This document shows, piece after piece, positions 1-11,834 of a DNA stretch of 64,000 nt (positions are counted from its first letter, which is position 1; each line of letters opens with the position of its first letter). The stretch lies in NCBI GenBank assembly GCA_964270895.1, contig OZ185437.1, one strand, 5' to 3'. The notes under the pieces were generated by a model. It had not been told where the DNA came from. It did not search any database and saw nothing but the letters and a program-made list of their open reading frames with translations. Origin of the DNA: Podarcis filfolensis. Lineage: Eukaryota. The position numbers and the translations under genes were made by a program.

Positions 1-3000
1 CCAGTCAGTAAGTGAGCTTGAAAGTTTAAAATAGCTGAAGCTTTTGCGCAGATACAAAACATGAAAATGGAATAAGCTACAAAGAGATTGTATACTCTAA
101 GGAAGAAAAGTATTAAATATTGTTATCACCCCATTCTCCAGTTTAATACAAGCCCAAGTTAAATATGTAGTAGATCAACAACTAATACAAAATACTGACA
201 GACAAAATAATCAAATCTGCTTTAAATGGCATCCCTAGGTTGGATCCAGAGAAAAGCAGAGGCTGGCAGAAGCTGACTTACCTACCCCGCTCCATCCCCC
301 CACAGTTCCTTCCATGAGCAGAAAGCAGCTCTGGAACCAACCCATTGACAACTAACAGGTTACCAACACATATATAAGCAAGCAGTTTAGCCTACTCCAA
401 GACTCCCTTGAAATGCACTAGGCACAGAACACAATCAACAGTTCAGAAACTAATTTGGATTTTTCAAAATGCTATTCAAAACCAATTTCAGGCTGTAATA
501 ATGGCTACAATATATTGCAAGTAATGCAACGAATGACTGATTAGGCCAACTAAATCAGTCTGTGTTTACTGCGAAATATCTGGCATACATTTAAATATTC
601 ATAAACTAGAATAGTTTGCAGACTCTTTCAGTATGACTTTGTGATAATGTTCATATGAAGTTGGTATTGTTTTGTGAAGCCTAAACCAAGAAATTGGGAG
701 AAATAAAACAGGGAGCACAAAACAAGAGTCTATAACCAGGAAAACTCAATGCATCATCAGGAACATATGCCCCCCCCCAACAACATCAAATTAAAGGAAT
801 CTGTACACCTTCCTAGCTGAGCTCAACTTGCCTCTCAATTCCCATAGATGATATTTGCATACAACAATAATTCAACATGCCACCATATTTTACCAGCATT
901 TTAATGCAACCTTGTATTTAACTCTTTGTCTGGTAGCTACTGGCAACTTGGAATTCCATGCTGACTGCACCATTTTTGGCCACTTGGTAGAATGCAATAT
1001 TTTAGTAATCTGCTAAGCGGCTAGCAGCACACATCTCCATGCTCCTCACCTCTTATTAGGTTAGTAAATAATTTTGTAGGTGAGTAATTTTTATTAATGC
1101 TTTTAACAATCATGCTTTTCCAGCATAGCAGATCTAATAATACTTTCCCATCATAAGTGGTAGCCAACACGATGCCCTCCAGGCAGGCCTGTGCAGAGTG
1201 AGGGGCAGTCAGGTCTTGGAGGGCTAAACTGGCCGGCAGGCCCCACCAGGGACCAGCTGCATTTATGTTTGAGTTTATAACTTTATTCTGACAATATGGC
1301 TGCCCTGGGCCTCAGACAAGTTCCGCATGGGCCTGCCTCCAGGTACTGTTGGGACTACAACTTCCGTTATCCCCGGTCATTTGACGCCATGAGTGGGGCA
1401 GATGCAAACTGGAGTCCAACAACACCTGGAACTACTCCTATCTTTCACCATCCTCAAGTACAGAATACTTTTTTCACTTCTTAAATAGCAAACTGATACC
1501 CTTGTGTTCATGTCCTCCTTTATTCAGTCCAAAGCATCCCTTTGCAGAGTTGATGACACAGAGTATTGACCCAAGTTATCTTCTTTAAGATAAACTTCAA
1601 TTACAGCAGCTACGGCAAAGATGCAAGTCCCTAATATGCAAGCAGAAAGAGCTTAAATGTGTGCATTTGAGAAAGAGCAATACTTTCTTTGTGCTCCATG
1701 GGGAACTGTGCTGGATGCTCCAGAGTAGACCAGGGCTCCAGAGTGGAGCCAGTCCCTGTTGAAAGCATGGCTTACATTCAGCACTAAAATTAAACTGTAT
1801 CAGGGACATGCCCTTCCATCTCTTTGGTCCCATTCCCAAAGAAAAGCAATGCAAAGGCATTCAAAACTGTATGGTCTGTATTGTAAGGATAAAGAAAAAG
1901 GCCTGGACAACAAAATAAATATTAGGTGGATTTCTCCTCAAAAACCTCAGCAGAAGAGATGCAACTCTTTTCCTTTGTATGTCCAACTGCCGCTGAACTA
2001 CTGCACTCCCAAAAGCTATCGCTTACTGGATGAACAACTTGTCGCGTTAGAATGTAATTCAAATTTAAGTTTATGAGAAAAGAAATATAAGCATTACTCA
2101 TCCTTGGTTTCTTACAAGATACTTACCTTTTCCTTTTTAAAAACTAAACTTTGTATTATGTTTTTAAGGCTACTGCTTCTTTGAATTGCTATCCTTAACC
2201 CCATGAGGACTTCAAAGGAAAGAGCCGAGAACTGCAATCCCTGAAGTGATTCATGCTACTTTCTGAATCTCTCATAGTTTTACCCCCTGGAGCTTTTATT
2301 TCTTGATACTTGGGACAAGCTTGTTATTCCTACACACACACAATCTGAATTAGAACAAGATGTAAAAAATACTATGTGAACCTGTGTAGGATCTTATATA
2401 TACCAAAGGGGGGAAAGATATCCCCCCCCAAAAAAAAGTGGCCAGGGAATGGGAGGGAAAACAAAGTAATGCTTTTCAAATCAGAGATCATCTCACATAC
2501 TATCACTGCCTCAACTGCAATCCCTGTAATACTGCAGAAATTTACTGAAGGGGAAAATGACATTTTCATTTAATATTATGATGCTAAATTGCAGCTGCCT
2601 GAATAATAAAAAGAGTACCTTCTACAGGTGAAACAAAGTGATGCAGTCCAAAATTGTACTTGATTCTCTGGAAGGGCCTACCTTTAATATTTTAATTTTT
2701 TTAACAAGAAGTGCTTAAAACAGGTTTATAAGTTAGATAACTACATGCTAAGCAATTTTATTATCAATGGGTGGTATCCAATGGGAGTCAAACTCAGAGC
2801 CGGTCTATTCAAAGTATTACTAATGCATATCACCCATAATGGTATACTGCAATTAACTGGTGAGCATTCAAGAAAAATAATAATAATTTTTCCTTCTTGG
2901 TTTTTCAGCATCACTTTTCCAAAAGTTAGGGACAACATTCATAATTGATTGGGGTTATAAAATACTTACAAAGCCAAGATGTTCTCTACAATGCCTACAA

Positions 3001-3247
3001 TACACACAAAAAGCTATCATGCTTAGGACTTGAAGACGACCAGGTAGACAAACAACCAGCAGAAAAAGGATTGCATATAAAAGGGGAGAGGATTAACAGT
3101 TTTTCAAGCCTATAGTTTGCCTCTCATTATCACACAGCTATCTCAACCACTGGAATTTGACATCTAGCTCTAAGCAACCAAATTGGAACAACTGAGATAC
3201 AGACAATAATACCAAACTGCATAGATGTGATCAAATTGTGCACTAAC

Positions 3248-3367
3248 CTGCAAACACGGGCAGGAAAATACAGCTTCTGCCAAGATCGACAGAGATATCT
3301 GGAGTGGTCGATTACACGGATCCAGTCTAGCTCGTCCATGGACACCTCAATATAATAGGAGTAAGAC
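3248..3367 (-). CDS. BTBD9: BTBD9 coding exon 5 of 5 in window (120 nt); gene continues beyond the left edge
   Basis: ttcaaag| acceptor, |GTTAGT donor; encodes SYSYYIEVSMDELDWIRVIDHSRYLCRSWQKLYFPARVCR; phase 2 to 2 fits the previous exon. No further BTBD9 exon recognised in 1-3247. Confidence 0.96.
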
Positions 3368-4157
3368 CTTTGAACAGCAAATTAATTAATTGAAACACTG
3401 AGATTATCAATGCACCATCTTTATACAGTATACCTTATGTATCCTAGTGAATGACTATGTTAAGGTCACATGAACTCCACTACACAACATAAAGCCAAAT
3501 ATTCAATAAATTACACCTTTAGTGGCAATATAACAAAGCATTAGCTTTTAAATGTAACCAAGACTACAGTTCTTACACATATTTGCATGACAGGTACATC
3601 TCAAAACTGAAATATAATTGCATGCTAAAAATACTTTGAGATCTTTTTAATGGCAAAATTCACAATCGCAACAAAATGAAGTAGTCTTCCTTCAGACATG
3701 ATGGAACATTAAATGCAGACATTTAACACACCTAAAGTCATAAAAAAGTAATTTGTATTCCTATTGCATCGGCTAAATTTAAACCTGAACCATAGTAGTC
3801 ATTCCTGCTACAACATCAGCAAGGTAGCGTAGGAAAGATTTAGCAGACTATAAACATCAGCACAGAATAAATGGAGACTGAAAAGGGAAGTTTATTTTGT
3901 GTTATATACTATTTTCCATCAGATTTTGGTCAACAACTCTCAACTCTATTACACCTCCTATTTTAATCCACTATATTATATACATCTCTCTGCTATCTTA
4001 TTTTACAAATTAATAATTCTGCTCTATTAGAAGCTTGCGATTTGCAACAGTATCCTTGTTTTTCTTATACTAGATGCTGCTATTACTATTAATATGTGTC
4101 ATTGACCAAATCCTCTTGCCCAAAGGGTTGGGCTGTAAGATTTGGTCAGTGGGTTTA

Positions 4158-4450
4158 CTGTATTTTTCACTCTATAAGAAGCACCAGACCATAAGACGCA
4201 CCTAGTTTTTGGAGGAGGAAAACAAGAAAAAAAATATTCTGAATCCCAGAAGCCAGAACAGCAAGAGGGATCGCTGCTTTCACTGCGCAGCACTCCCTCT
4301 AGCTGTTCTGGCTTCTGGGATTCAGAATATTTTTTTTCTTGTTTTCCTCCTCCAAAAACTAGGTGCCTGCATTCGCTCCATAAGACGCAGACACATTTCC
4401 CCCCACTTTTTAGGAGGGAAAAAGTGTGTCTTATAGAGCGAAAAATACGG
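4158..4450. mobile_element. Tc1/mariner (Tigger-like) MITE with a long internal palindrome
   Basis: TA flanks on both sides; TIRs ctgtatttttcactctataaga and tcttatagagcgaaaaatacgg; internal 73-bp inverted arms at 4198-4270 and 4294-4366. Confidence 0.85.
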
Positions 4451-4896
4451 TAATTATCACTTGTCATGGGCGATTTTAACAACTCAAGTTGCTCTGCTCT
4501 GCAACTTGAGAACATCTCTGTCAAAAGCAATTAGCTTCCCTGGAAGGAGCTGATCCCAGCAGGCTGTGCATTTGGTGCCAAATTTAAGAGACATTGAATA
4601 TAAACTCCGCTTGCCTAAAAATAATTGGGACCATAATTAAATGTTTTCCATTCTTCCTTTGCAATCACAGCTTTAACTTCCCCAGACACCTGAAATCATG
4701 CATGACATCAGGTGAAGGGGGGTAGGTGTAGCTTGGGGGTAAGGCCAAATAAAGACTCCCTGGAAGGCCTAATTAGGTCTGCAAACTAGAGGTTTCCCAG
4801 TGCTTTGTTAAAGTAATTATATTAATGTATAGATGTGATCCTGTAGTAGCCTAAGAAAAGGCATGGTTGGTAAACTGAGTATGACTTGGAACTCAC

Positions 4897-5116
4897 CTGC
4901 TATCACGATCCCATAGCAGTATACGTATATGATTAATTATTGATGGCTGACCCAATTTAATTTCAATACCAGAACGGCAGTCATCATCAATGGGGTGTCG
5001 GGAAAATCCATGATCCAAATCATAATTCTGTGTGTCTCCATCTAACAAAGCAGATTTCAATTCCCCTTTCACTACCTGGGCTCCATATTTCATAGTGGCA
5101 ATGTTCTCACCTGGTA
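4897..5116 (-). CDS. BTBD9: BTBD9 coding exon 4 (220 nt), start of F5/8 type C (discoidin-like) region
   Basis: cttccag| acceptor, |GTGAGT donor; IPGENIATMKYGAQVVKGELKSALLDGDTQNYDLDHGFSRHPIDDDCRSGIEIKLGQPSIINHIRILLWDRDSR; overlaps ORF 4893..5093. Confidence 0.97.
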
Positions 5117-5289
5117 CTGGAAGAATGGGAATAAAAATGATGCTTTAAAATTATGCTCTTCTTGCACATTATGCTCTTTATTTACAAAAATGTGGAAACA
5201 AATGATATTAAAAAGTCATGCAGAAAACAGAAGGTATCTAAAAGGCTGACATTACGAAGTGTCTAGTGACTGGTTAAAGGCACTGTCCT

Positions 5290-5400
5290 GTCATTAAGAA
5301 GATAAGGTGAACCTTGCTGGGTCAGGCCAGTGGTCCATTCAGTCCAGCATCCTATTCTCACATTTGGCCAGCCAGATGCCTATGGGAACCCTACAAGCAG
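5290..5400 (-). mobile_element. CR1 LINE 3' end fragment
   Basis: ttgctgggtcaggccagtggtccattcagtccagcatcctattctcac resembles the reverse-oriented squamate CR1 3' UTR. Similar fragments at about 27160-27350 and 45424-45515. Confidence 0.55.
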
Positions 5401-6311
5401 GACCCCCTATGTGTATATGTGTGTGTAGAGATTTGCTTATTTTCACCAAAACAACAATTCAACACAAGGTACTTATGATTAACTCGCATTGGAAGCAATA
5501 AAATGGGACACGGTCAGGAATATCACATGTCCCATTAATTTTAAGTGGACTTGGTCATAGCTAATTTCTACTGGACTGTGTCCAAAGTGTTCAAAAATAT
5601 TTCTATTACTGGTAAACTTTATATTTATATAAGACGCACAAAATACTAATTCCTTTGGAAAACAACATCATTTAAAAAGTGGCTCAAGCGTACCACTGCA
5701 GATTTGCAGCCTCCTCGTGACAGTCAGTTTAGAGGAGGGCAGTAGGGAAGGCATTAATTTATTATGACTTGTAACTGTCTAAATTTAAGGAGGTGCAATA
5801 TTTCTGATATATTCAGGATAGAATGAATTTTAGGAATCTTTTGGGACAAGTGTGTTTTTAAGCAAGTAACCAAAGTTTCCACCAGCAGAAGGACACTCAC
5901 ACTACTGCTATTTCCCCTCGTCTTCTCCCTCTTGCCAACTTCTTGCGTGCCTGTTCAGCAGTGCCTCCAGAACAGAGTATACTGTGTCATGAGGATGGGT
6001 TACAACATGAGTGAAGAAACACTCAAAACCGAATATGAACAATGTATCCCTCCCTACTCCATGACACAAACCACACTGTTTACCAACACCCCCAACTTCT
6101 GGAGAGACAAAGAAAAATATTGGTTGCACAGGTGGTCTTCTACTCTTGCAACCTTTGAATACAACACAGTAGATCTGAGTGTTTTGCCATTCAACCAATT
6201 TGCTGTAAACAAAGTAACCTTATACAACCTCGTGAACACTTATATAGCCTTGTATTTCTGTTAGTAAACATTTACTCAGCATCAATAGTTAGCTAAGGAA
6301 GTTTTTAATTA

Positions 6312-6784
6312 CAGTGGTGCCCCGCAAGACGAATGCCTCGCAAGACGGAAAACCCGCTAGACGAAAGGGTTTTCCGTTTTGGAGGTGCTTCGCAAAACGA
6401 ATTTCCTATGGGCTTGCTTCGCAAGACGAAAATGTCTTGCGAGTTCCTGTGGGGTTTTTTTCCTTTCCCCCCCCCTTTTTCCCAAGCCGCAAAGCCGCTT
6501 ATCAGCTGATCCGCTAAGCCGCTTAACAGCTGATCGCTAAGCCGCTTATCAGCTGATCCGCTAAGCCGCTGATCCGCTAAGCCACTAAGCCGCTTATCAG
6601 CTGATCCGCTAAGCCGCTTATCAGCTGATCCGCTAAGCCGCTTATCAGCTGATCCGCTAAGCCCGCTAAGCCGCTAATAGCGCTAATCCGCTAAGCCGCT
6701 AATGGGCTTGCTTCGCAAGACGAAAAAACCGCAAGACGAAGAGACTCGCGGAACGGATTATTTTCGTCTTGCGAGGCACCACTG
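6312..6784. mobile_element. Tc1/mariner MITE (CAGTGGTGCC TIR family) with an internal minisatellite
   Basis: TA flanks; 22-bp TIRs with 1 mismatch (cagtggtgccccgcaagacgaa / ttcgtcttgcgaggcaccactg); same family as 62384-62636. Confidence 0.9.
6492..6700. repeat. 24-bp/12-bp minisatellite (aagccgcttatcagctgatccgct)n
   Basis: Directly visible tandem array with six CAGCTG cores. Confidence 0.92.
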
Positions 6785-6831
6785 TATAAGAAAACATATA
6801 GGGTCATTTCCCTGGAAATACGGAGGCTTAC

Positions 6832-7096
6832 TTAACATGCCCCTATAGTTGAGGTCCATATCCCGACTTTCAGATCGAACTTTAATAGCATCCAAAATGG
6901 CATCAGGCGACAGCAATCCAGAAGGCCTTACAACATTTAAGAGCTCTGTCAAACTCATCAGTGGCAAGCGCACTGCCTGCATGATTTCCGCATGATTTTC
7001 CTTCGGGTTGTGTTTACACCAGTTCATCAAAGCTTGGAAAATATCCTTCTCAGGTGCTGCAAATGAATCCCTCAGTACAATACTGAGAAGAGCTGG
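6832..7096 (-). CDS. BTBD9: BTBD9 coding exon 3 (265 nt), BACK domain C-terminal part
   Basis: tttcttag| acceptor, |GTAAGC donor; PALLSIVLRDSFAAPEKDIFQALMNWCKHNPKENHAEIMQAVRLPLMSLTELLNVVRPSGLLSPDAILDAIKVRSESRDMDLNYRGML. Confidence 0.97.
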
Positions 7097-7329
7097 CTAA
7101 GAAACAAGGAAAGATTAATGTAAATACAATTTGAAAACCAAACACAGCTGGACTCCCTGGCATCCCACAGTTCACATACACGAGTGGCCACTGGAGCCAC
7201 CTTTCATCACAAGTTTACTTATCACAAAGCTTTTATTTACCATAGAAACTATTATGTCCACAATGAAATTCTGATCCTAGGGTAGTTTACAAAAGGTTAA
7301 CTAAAACAACCCATAAAATTCAGCTAACA

Positions 7330-7620
7330 TTATAAAGCCCAATAACTAAAAATGCAAAGATCATTACAATATTAAATACAACATTAATTCATAATAACCC
7401 TCACACTTTAAATAATCTGATCAATTCCACCAAAGGCCCAGGTCAACAAACGTGTCTTAAACTGGAGCCAGAAGCCCAATAATATAGTGGGTATCAATGC
7501 CTTCAGAGGGAGAGAATCCTACAGGGCAGGGTCCCACTACAAGAAGTCCCTATCCCATGTCTTCACCAAGCGACCCAAACCCACCAGCCACAGATCTAGG
7601 TCCAGATGGCACAAGATATG
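7330..7620 (-). mobile_element. Degraded L2 LINE 3' fragment
   Basis: aaaggcccaggtcaacaaacgtgtcttaaactgg...gccttcagagggagagaatcctacagggcagggtcccactacaagaag resembles an L2 3' end in reverse; boundaries approximate. Confidence 0.5.
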
Positions 7621-7906
7621 ATTGAAGAAACTTCTCACAAGTATGTGGGAAGAGGAGAGGGTAGGGTAGGGGAAGCACACAACATCTTTCTCAACAATTC
7701 AAGAAAGCTAACATTATTTACTGGCTAGTATTCACCATTCTTTACTCATATCTGATATATAACTTATATGGTATGGGTACAACTTCGCAGCCAAAGATGT
7801 AGACTTATGATCAAAGTTTCCCCACTAAAAAAGCCAGCAAATTCTAAATGAAGCAGTATGATAATATTTGTAATCTGCCTAAAAGGTAGGGCCTACCCTT
7901 TATATA

Positions 7907-8135
7907 CAGTAAGCCCACAACTTATGTGTATTAATCTGGTGTGCATTCAGCTTTGTGTGCTTGCAAAATAAAAATTACCAATTAAAAAGAGGGCTGAAAG
8001 GGAGCAGATATTGGGAAGAAAAAAGACTTTCACAATCCCACCTACCATTGAATGCAATGTGTTTTGACTATATGTGATTTTGGCTTTAGGAATGATCCCT
8101 GAAATATAACCCCTGTGAAGTTTGCAGGCTTACTG
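7907..8135. mobile_element. Old Tc1/mariner MITE
   Basis: Imperfect TIRs cagtaagcccacaactt / aagtttgcaggcttactg; TA on the left, TG on the right. Confidence 0.55.
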
Positions 8136-9559
8136 TGCCCTAATTTAGACCACAAACACCAAAAATGTAAGAGAACAGTGCAATGGTATCAAAAGCAGAG
8201 AACAGAAGAACATAATACTAGCACATTTTCTTATCTTCTGGGCACCTTCAGCATAAGGTGTATGAAATGTCTCTTTAAACAGATGAAACTACATTTGAAG
8301 ATGCTTGTTTCCTATACTAAACAATATATTCAAAGTTATCTCCTAAGAGAGTGTTAGGCAGAGCTGTGTTCAAAGAATCAACAATATAGCATCATCTTCA
8401 GAACAGCTTCAAAACAGCTTCAGACTTTTACTACATGTTAAAAATCAAGGTTTGAGTGCTAAACCTTAGCCATCTTACAAGGATGCAGAATGACTTACAA
8501 ACCCACATGGTATTAATTATTAACCTGTCTCCTTGGGCTTCTGCTTTAATTTTCAGTAACATATTGATTCTTTACTGGCATCTTTTCTGATCTAATCATG
8601 TCTTTTGTATAATTGACTTTTCCATTAAGAAAAGGTTGTAGGAATCACTGCACTGCATCTAATTCTGTTATCACAATCAGTGGATTTCTCAATTTTATCT
8701 CTCCTCTTTTTACAATTTATATGTTAAGGCTAGGCAGCATTATAAACAGTGATATTATACCAGCAAGCAAAGAATAACCAACTGCTGATTACCAACTTTA
8801 CCTTTATTTATCATGGAGACAATTATGTTAATAATTAAATTTCCAGGAGGGGGCACAAATTCTCTTACAGTGGAAGTTATTGTGTGTCCCAGAGGTTTCA
8901 TTCAATATAAAGGTAGCTTGTTTCCAGCCCCTAAAGTCTGCTTTGTTCTTCTCCTCCAGATGTTACTGGACTTCAACTCCCATAATCATTTACCATTTGC
9001 CATGCTGTCTGGGGCTGATGGGAGTTGTAGTCCAATAACATATGCAGGGCACCATGTTGTCTACCACTGACACAGTATAGCAACTCTACCTCCCAAACAT
9101 GAGAGCTATTTTCAGGTATTGTCTTCATGTTTTCAAAAACAGTTCTGTGAAGGGGACAGCACCATGGCACAGCCAAAACAGTTGTGATGGTCCCATGGGG
9201 AAGACTGACATTTATGTGGTAGAGAAAGGAGAATACATGGGAAAAGAGATTCACAAGCAGTGAAGAATCCCCATGGACTCCAATGGGAAGCCCACAGGAA
9301 GATCACAAAAAATAATAATTGGTGGAAGTACAACTCTCTCCCCTCTGATCTGAGTCTTGGTACTATCCCAAAGAACTCCAACCAAGCTTCATCCAAGATA
9401 TATAGAAAATGGAAAAATAACTACACATGGAATAGAACATTGCAATCCATGAATACTAGAATGATTTCCGGGTCCTATTTCCAAAAAAATTTACACAAAC
9501 ATAAAGAATAAAATGGGACTGTTATTTTTTAACTGAAAGCTTAAAAAACTGATACATAC

Positions 9560-9923
9560 CTTAGAAAGTGACAGAAAACCTTCACTGGAGAGCACCTCTT
9601 GAGCATTTCTGTCCATAAACATGCAGCACATACATGTAAGCTTGGGAAGCAAATACAGACTAGCAACGTCGTAAGTCATGCAAACGTTCTGAATGTTAAG
9701 GATGGTGCAAAGATACTCAGAGGTGGAATCTTCCAGTTCTGGGAATCCATATTTATGTGCTAAACTGAGGAAGTCTAATAGGACCTCCTCCTTCTCATCT
9801 CTTAATGTGGCACGGCCTGTGTAAATATATTTTAACAACATTGTAAAGGCCTCTGCAGTGGTGTCTTGGAGAGGGATTTCTGCTTCAGGCTGAGATTCAC
9901 GCATTCCGCCATATAATAATGCT
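9560..9923 (-). CDS. BTBD9: BTBD9 coding exon 2 (364 nt), BTB/BACK
   Basis: ttgtacag| acceptor, |GTATGT donor; ALLYGGMRESQPEAEIPLQDTTAEAFTMLLKYIYTGRATL...LSSEGFLSLSK, inside ORF 9491..10063. Confidence 0.97.
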
Positions 9924-11649
9924 CTGTACAAGGGGAGAAAGAAACAATGTAAAAAAAACTTGTATTCTGGTAAGAGAGACCTTAAGTAAGCCTTGAAGCA
10001 TATATTGTAGAATACGGCAAACACAACTGTCAATAATTTCATTTGAAAGTTAAATCTATGCAATTTTAAGAAAATTATAGTTGGTCCTTAAAGTTAGAAA
10101 CTATGACCTTAGCTTTGAATGTGAGCACTTGCTATGAGATATTAGAACAAACATTCCAGAGTTCAACTGAAATTTACTTACAACGGATTATCAGAAGCAA
10201 CTGCACAAAAGGAAGTGAACAAATTGTTTCATTCAACACATGCAACAGAGTGTCCGGTAAAACATCAAATGGAAGGTGCAGTATCTACCGTATTTACCAT
10301 GATGTTCTTGGGAGTCAATAACATTATACTATCTGCAGTGCTTTCCTGAACTTTACCCATAGAAATCAGTTGGTCACTCATTTTATATCATTTTGATTAG
10401 GGTAGCAGTATACTGAAAACCAAACAGGTAAACAGAGCGTGCTGTTGTATTCTATTTTACATCATCACACATAGGATTATGTGGAGGAAGAGAGAAGGTA
10501 GAGCTAATTTTCTTCTAAGATATATATTCTGAGATTACTGTAATCAACCACCAACAGTATTTTTGGGAGGGAGATTCAAACTTCAAATATTTTCAAAAAC
10601 CAACTGAAAGCAGAGAGAGTCTATCTGCTGCCAATCAGTAAGCGTCTGATATGCGCCAACAAAGCTGATCTTACGGTTTGGCCAAGGCCATGCAGAAGAG
10701 GCAGTTATTCAGGTAACGCTCTGCCATTCCACTACCATCAGAAAACATCAGCTGAAATCAACCTTAAGAACTATATCTGCTCAAATACACACACAAAAAG
10801 AAATATTGGGTGCTACCCAGCTGTGGCTGCCCATGAGCAGAACAGACTTCTACTCTCACAGTGGTATAGGGGAACACTCCAGTGTGGATTTGGTGAGTGT
10901 ATGGCATCTGCAATATGGAGAGGGAGAGGAAGCAGAAGTCTGCTTGTGGAACACTGGATGTCATCCAACGTAAATTTCTTTTTAAGATAACCTTACTATG
11001 AGATTTTAGATCTTTCTAAAAATAGATAATGAATAGAAATTTGTCTAGGATTTTATCAGGGACTTAACCATAAACTATGGTTAAGGCAATCACACCTACC
11101 CAAAAGGAGAATAGATTAAGGTTCTGTAAGAAAATTTCAAATTGCTTGCCTAAATTTCATCTACCACCAGACAGAACACAAAGCAAATGTTGGGAGGTGG
11201 AGTGGGTTGAAAGGAAGACAGAGTTGTTTTTCACAACTGTAGGAGAAAGCATAAAACTCTATTTCTAAAGATAAGCAAGGAACAAATAAAATGTGAAATC
11301 TCACATCCAACAACATAATTCTATCTCACGTTGTATGAAATGTAAATACACACATTTTACCGCACTTCACAGTAACAATGTTTCCTGGGGGAAAGCATGT
11401 ATAGTGTGTGAACGTCCTGAATTTTAGGTCTTTAACAACCAACATCCATTCTGGATACCTATGCAGTGAAGGTCAAGATATGACAGCATAATATAAGTAT
11501 TGTCTCACAGTTAAAAACAGTGTACCGTAATAGGTGTTCAGAAAGCTCCCATGCACTGAGCAGATGAAATCAGTTTACTTTTAGTAGTTTCTATTTTATC
11601 TTGCTTAACCAGAAGCTCTAAGTATATCTGATAAGAAGTTATACCTCAC

Positions 11650-11834
11650 CTGAAATATTGGCACCTCGCTGCCAGAATCACTCTGTGTGCAGGAAAACGT
11701 TTCTTTTCCACTATAAAGGTAACATCACTGTACTCCTCCCCATTCATCAGAACACCAACATGATCGGACAGAATGTGAACATGGTCTATTTCACCTACTG
11801 CTGTGTAAGGACGGAGTGGATGGCTGTTACTCAT
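11650..11834 (-). CDS. BTBD9: BTBD9 first coding exon (185 coding nt; exon extends to 11861 as 27 nt of 5' UTR)
   Basis: ATG at 11834; MSNSHPLRPYTAVGEIDHVHILSDHVGVLMNGEEYSDVTFIVEKKRFPAHRVILAARCQYFR is a BTB N-terminus; tttttatag| acceptor, |GTGAGG donor. Confidence 0.97.

Noticed and set aside
2121-2200. Strong minus-strand donor AAG|GTAAGT as a further BTBD9 exon
   Set aside because: Upstream sequence is AT-rich, has no clear acceptor and gives no BTBD9-like translation.
5908-6264. 110-aa and 96-aa ORFs in a BTBD9 intron
   Set aside because: No recognisable homology or promoter; length is within chance expectation.
6492-6700. Regularly spaced repeats resembling a CRISPR array
   Set aside because: No unique spacers, vertebrate intron, no cas genes; it is a minisatellite.
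9491-10063. 190-aa ORF as a stand-alone gene (likewise 47514..48032 and 49061..49465)
   Set aside because: Each is a real exon plus open intronic flanks; splice sites delimit the true coding part.
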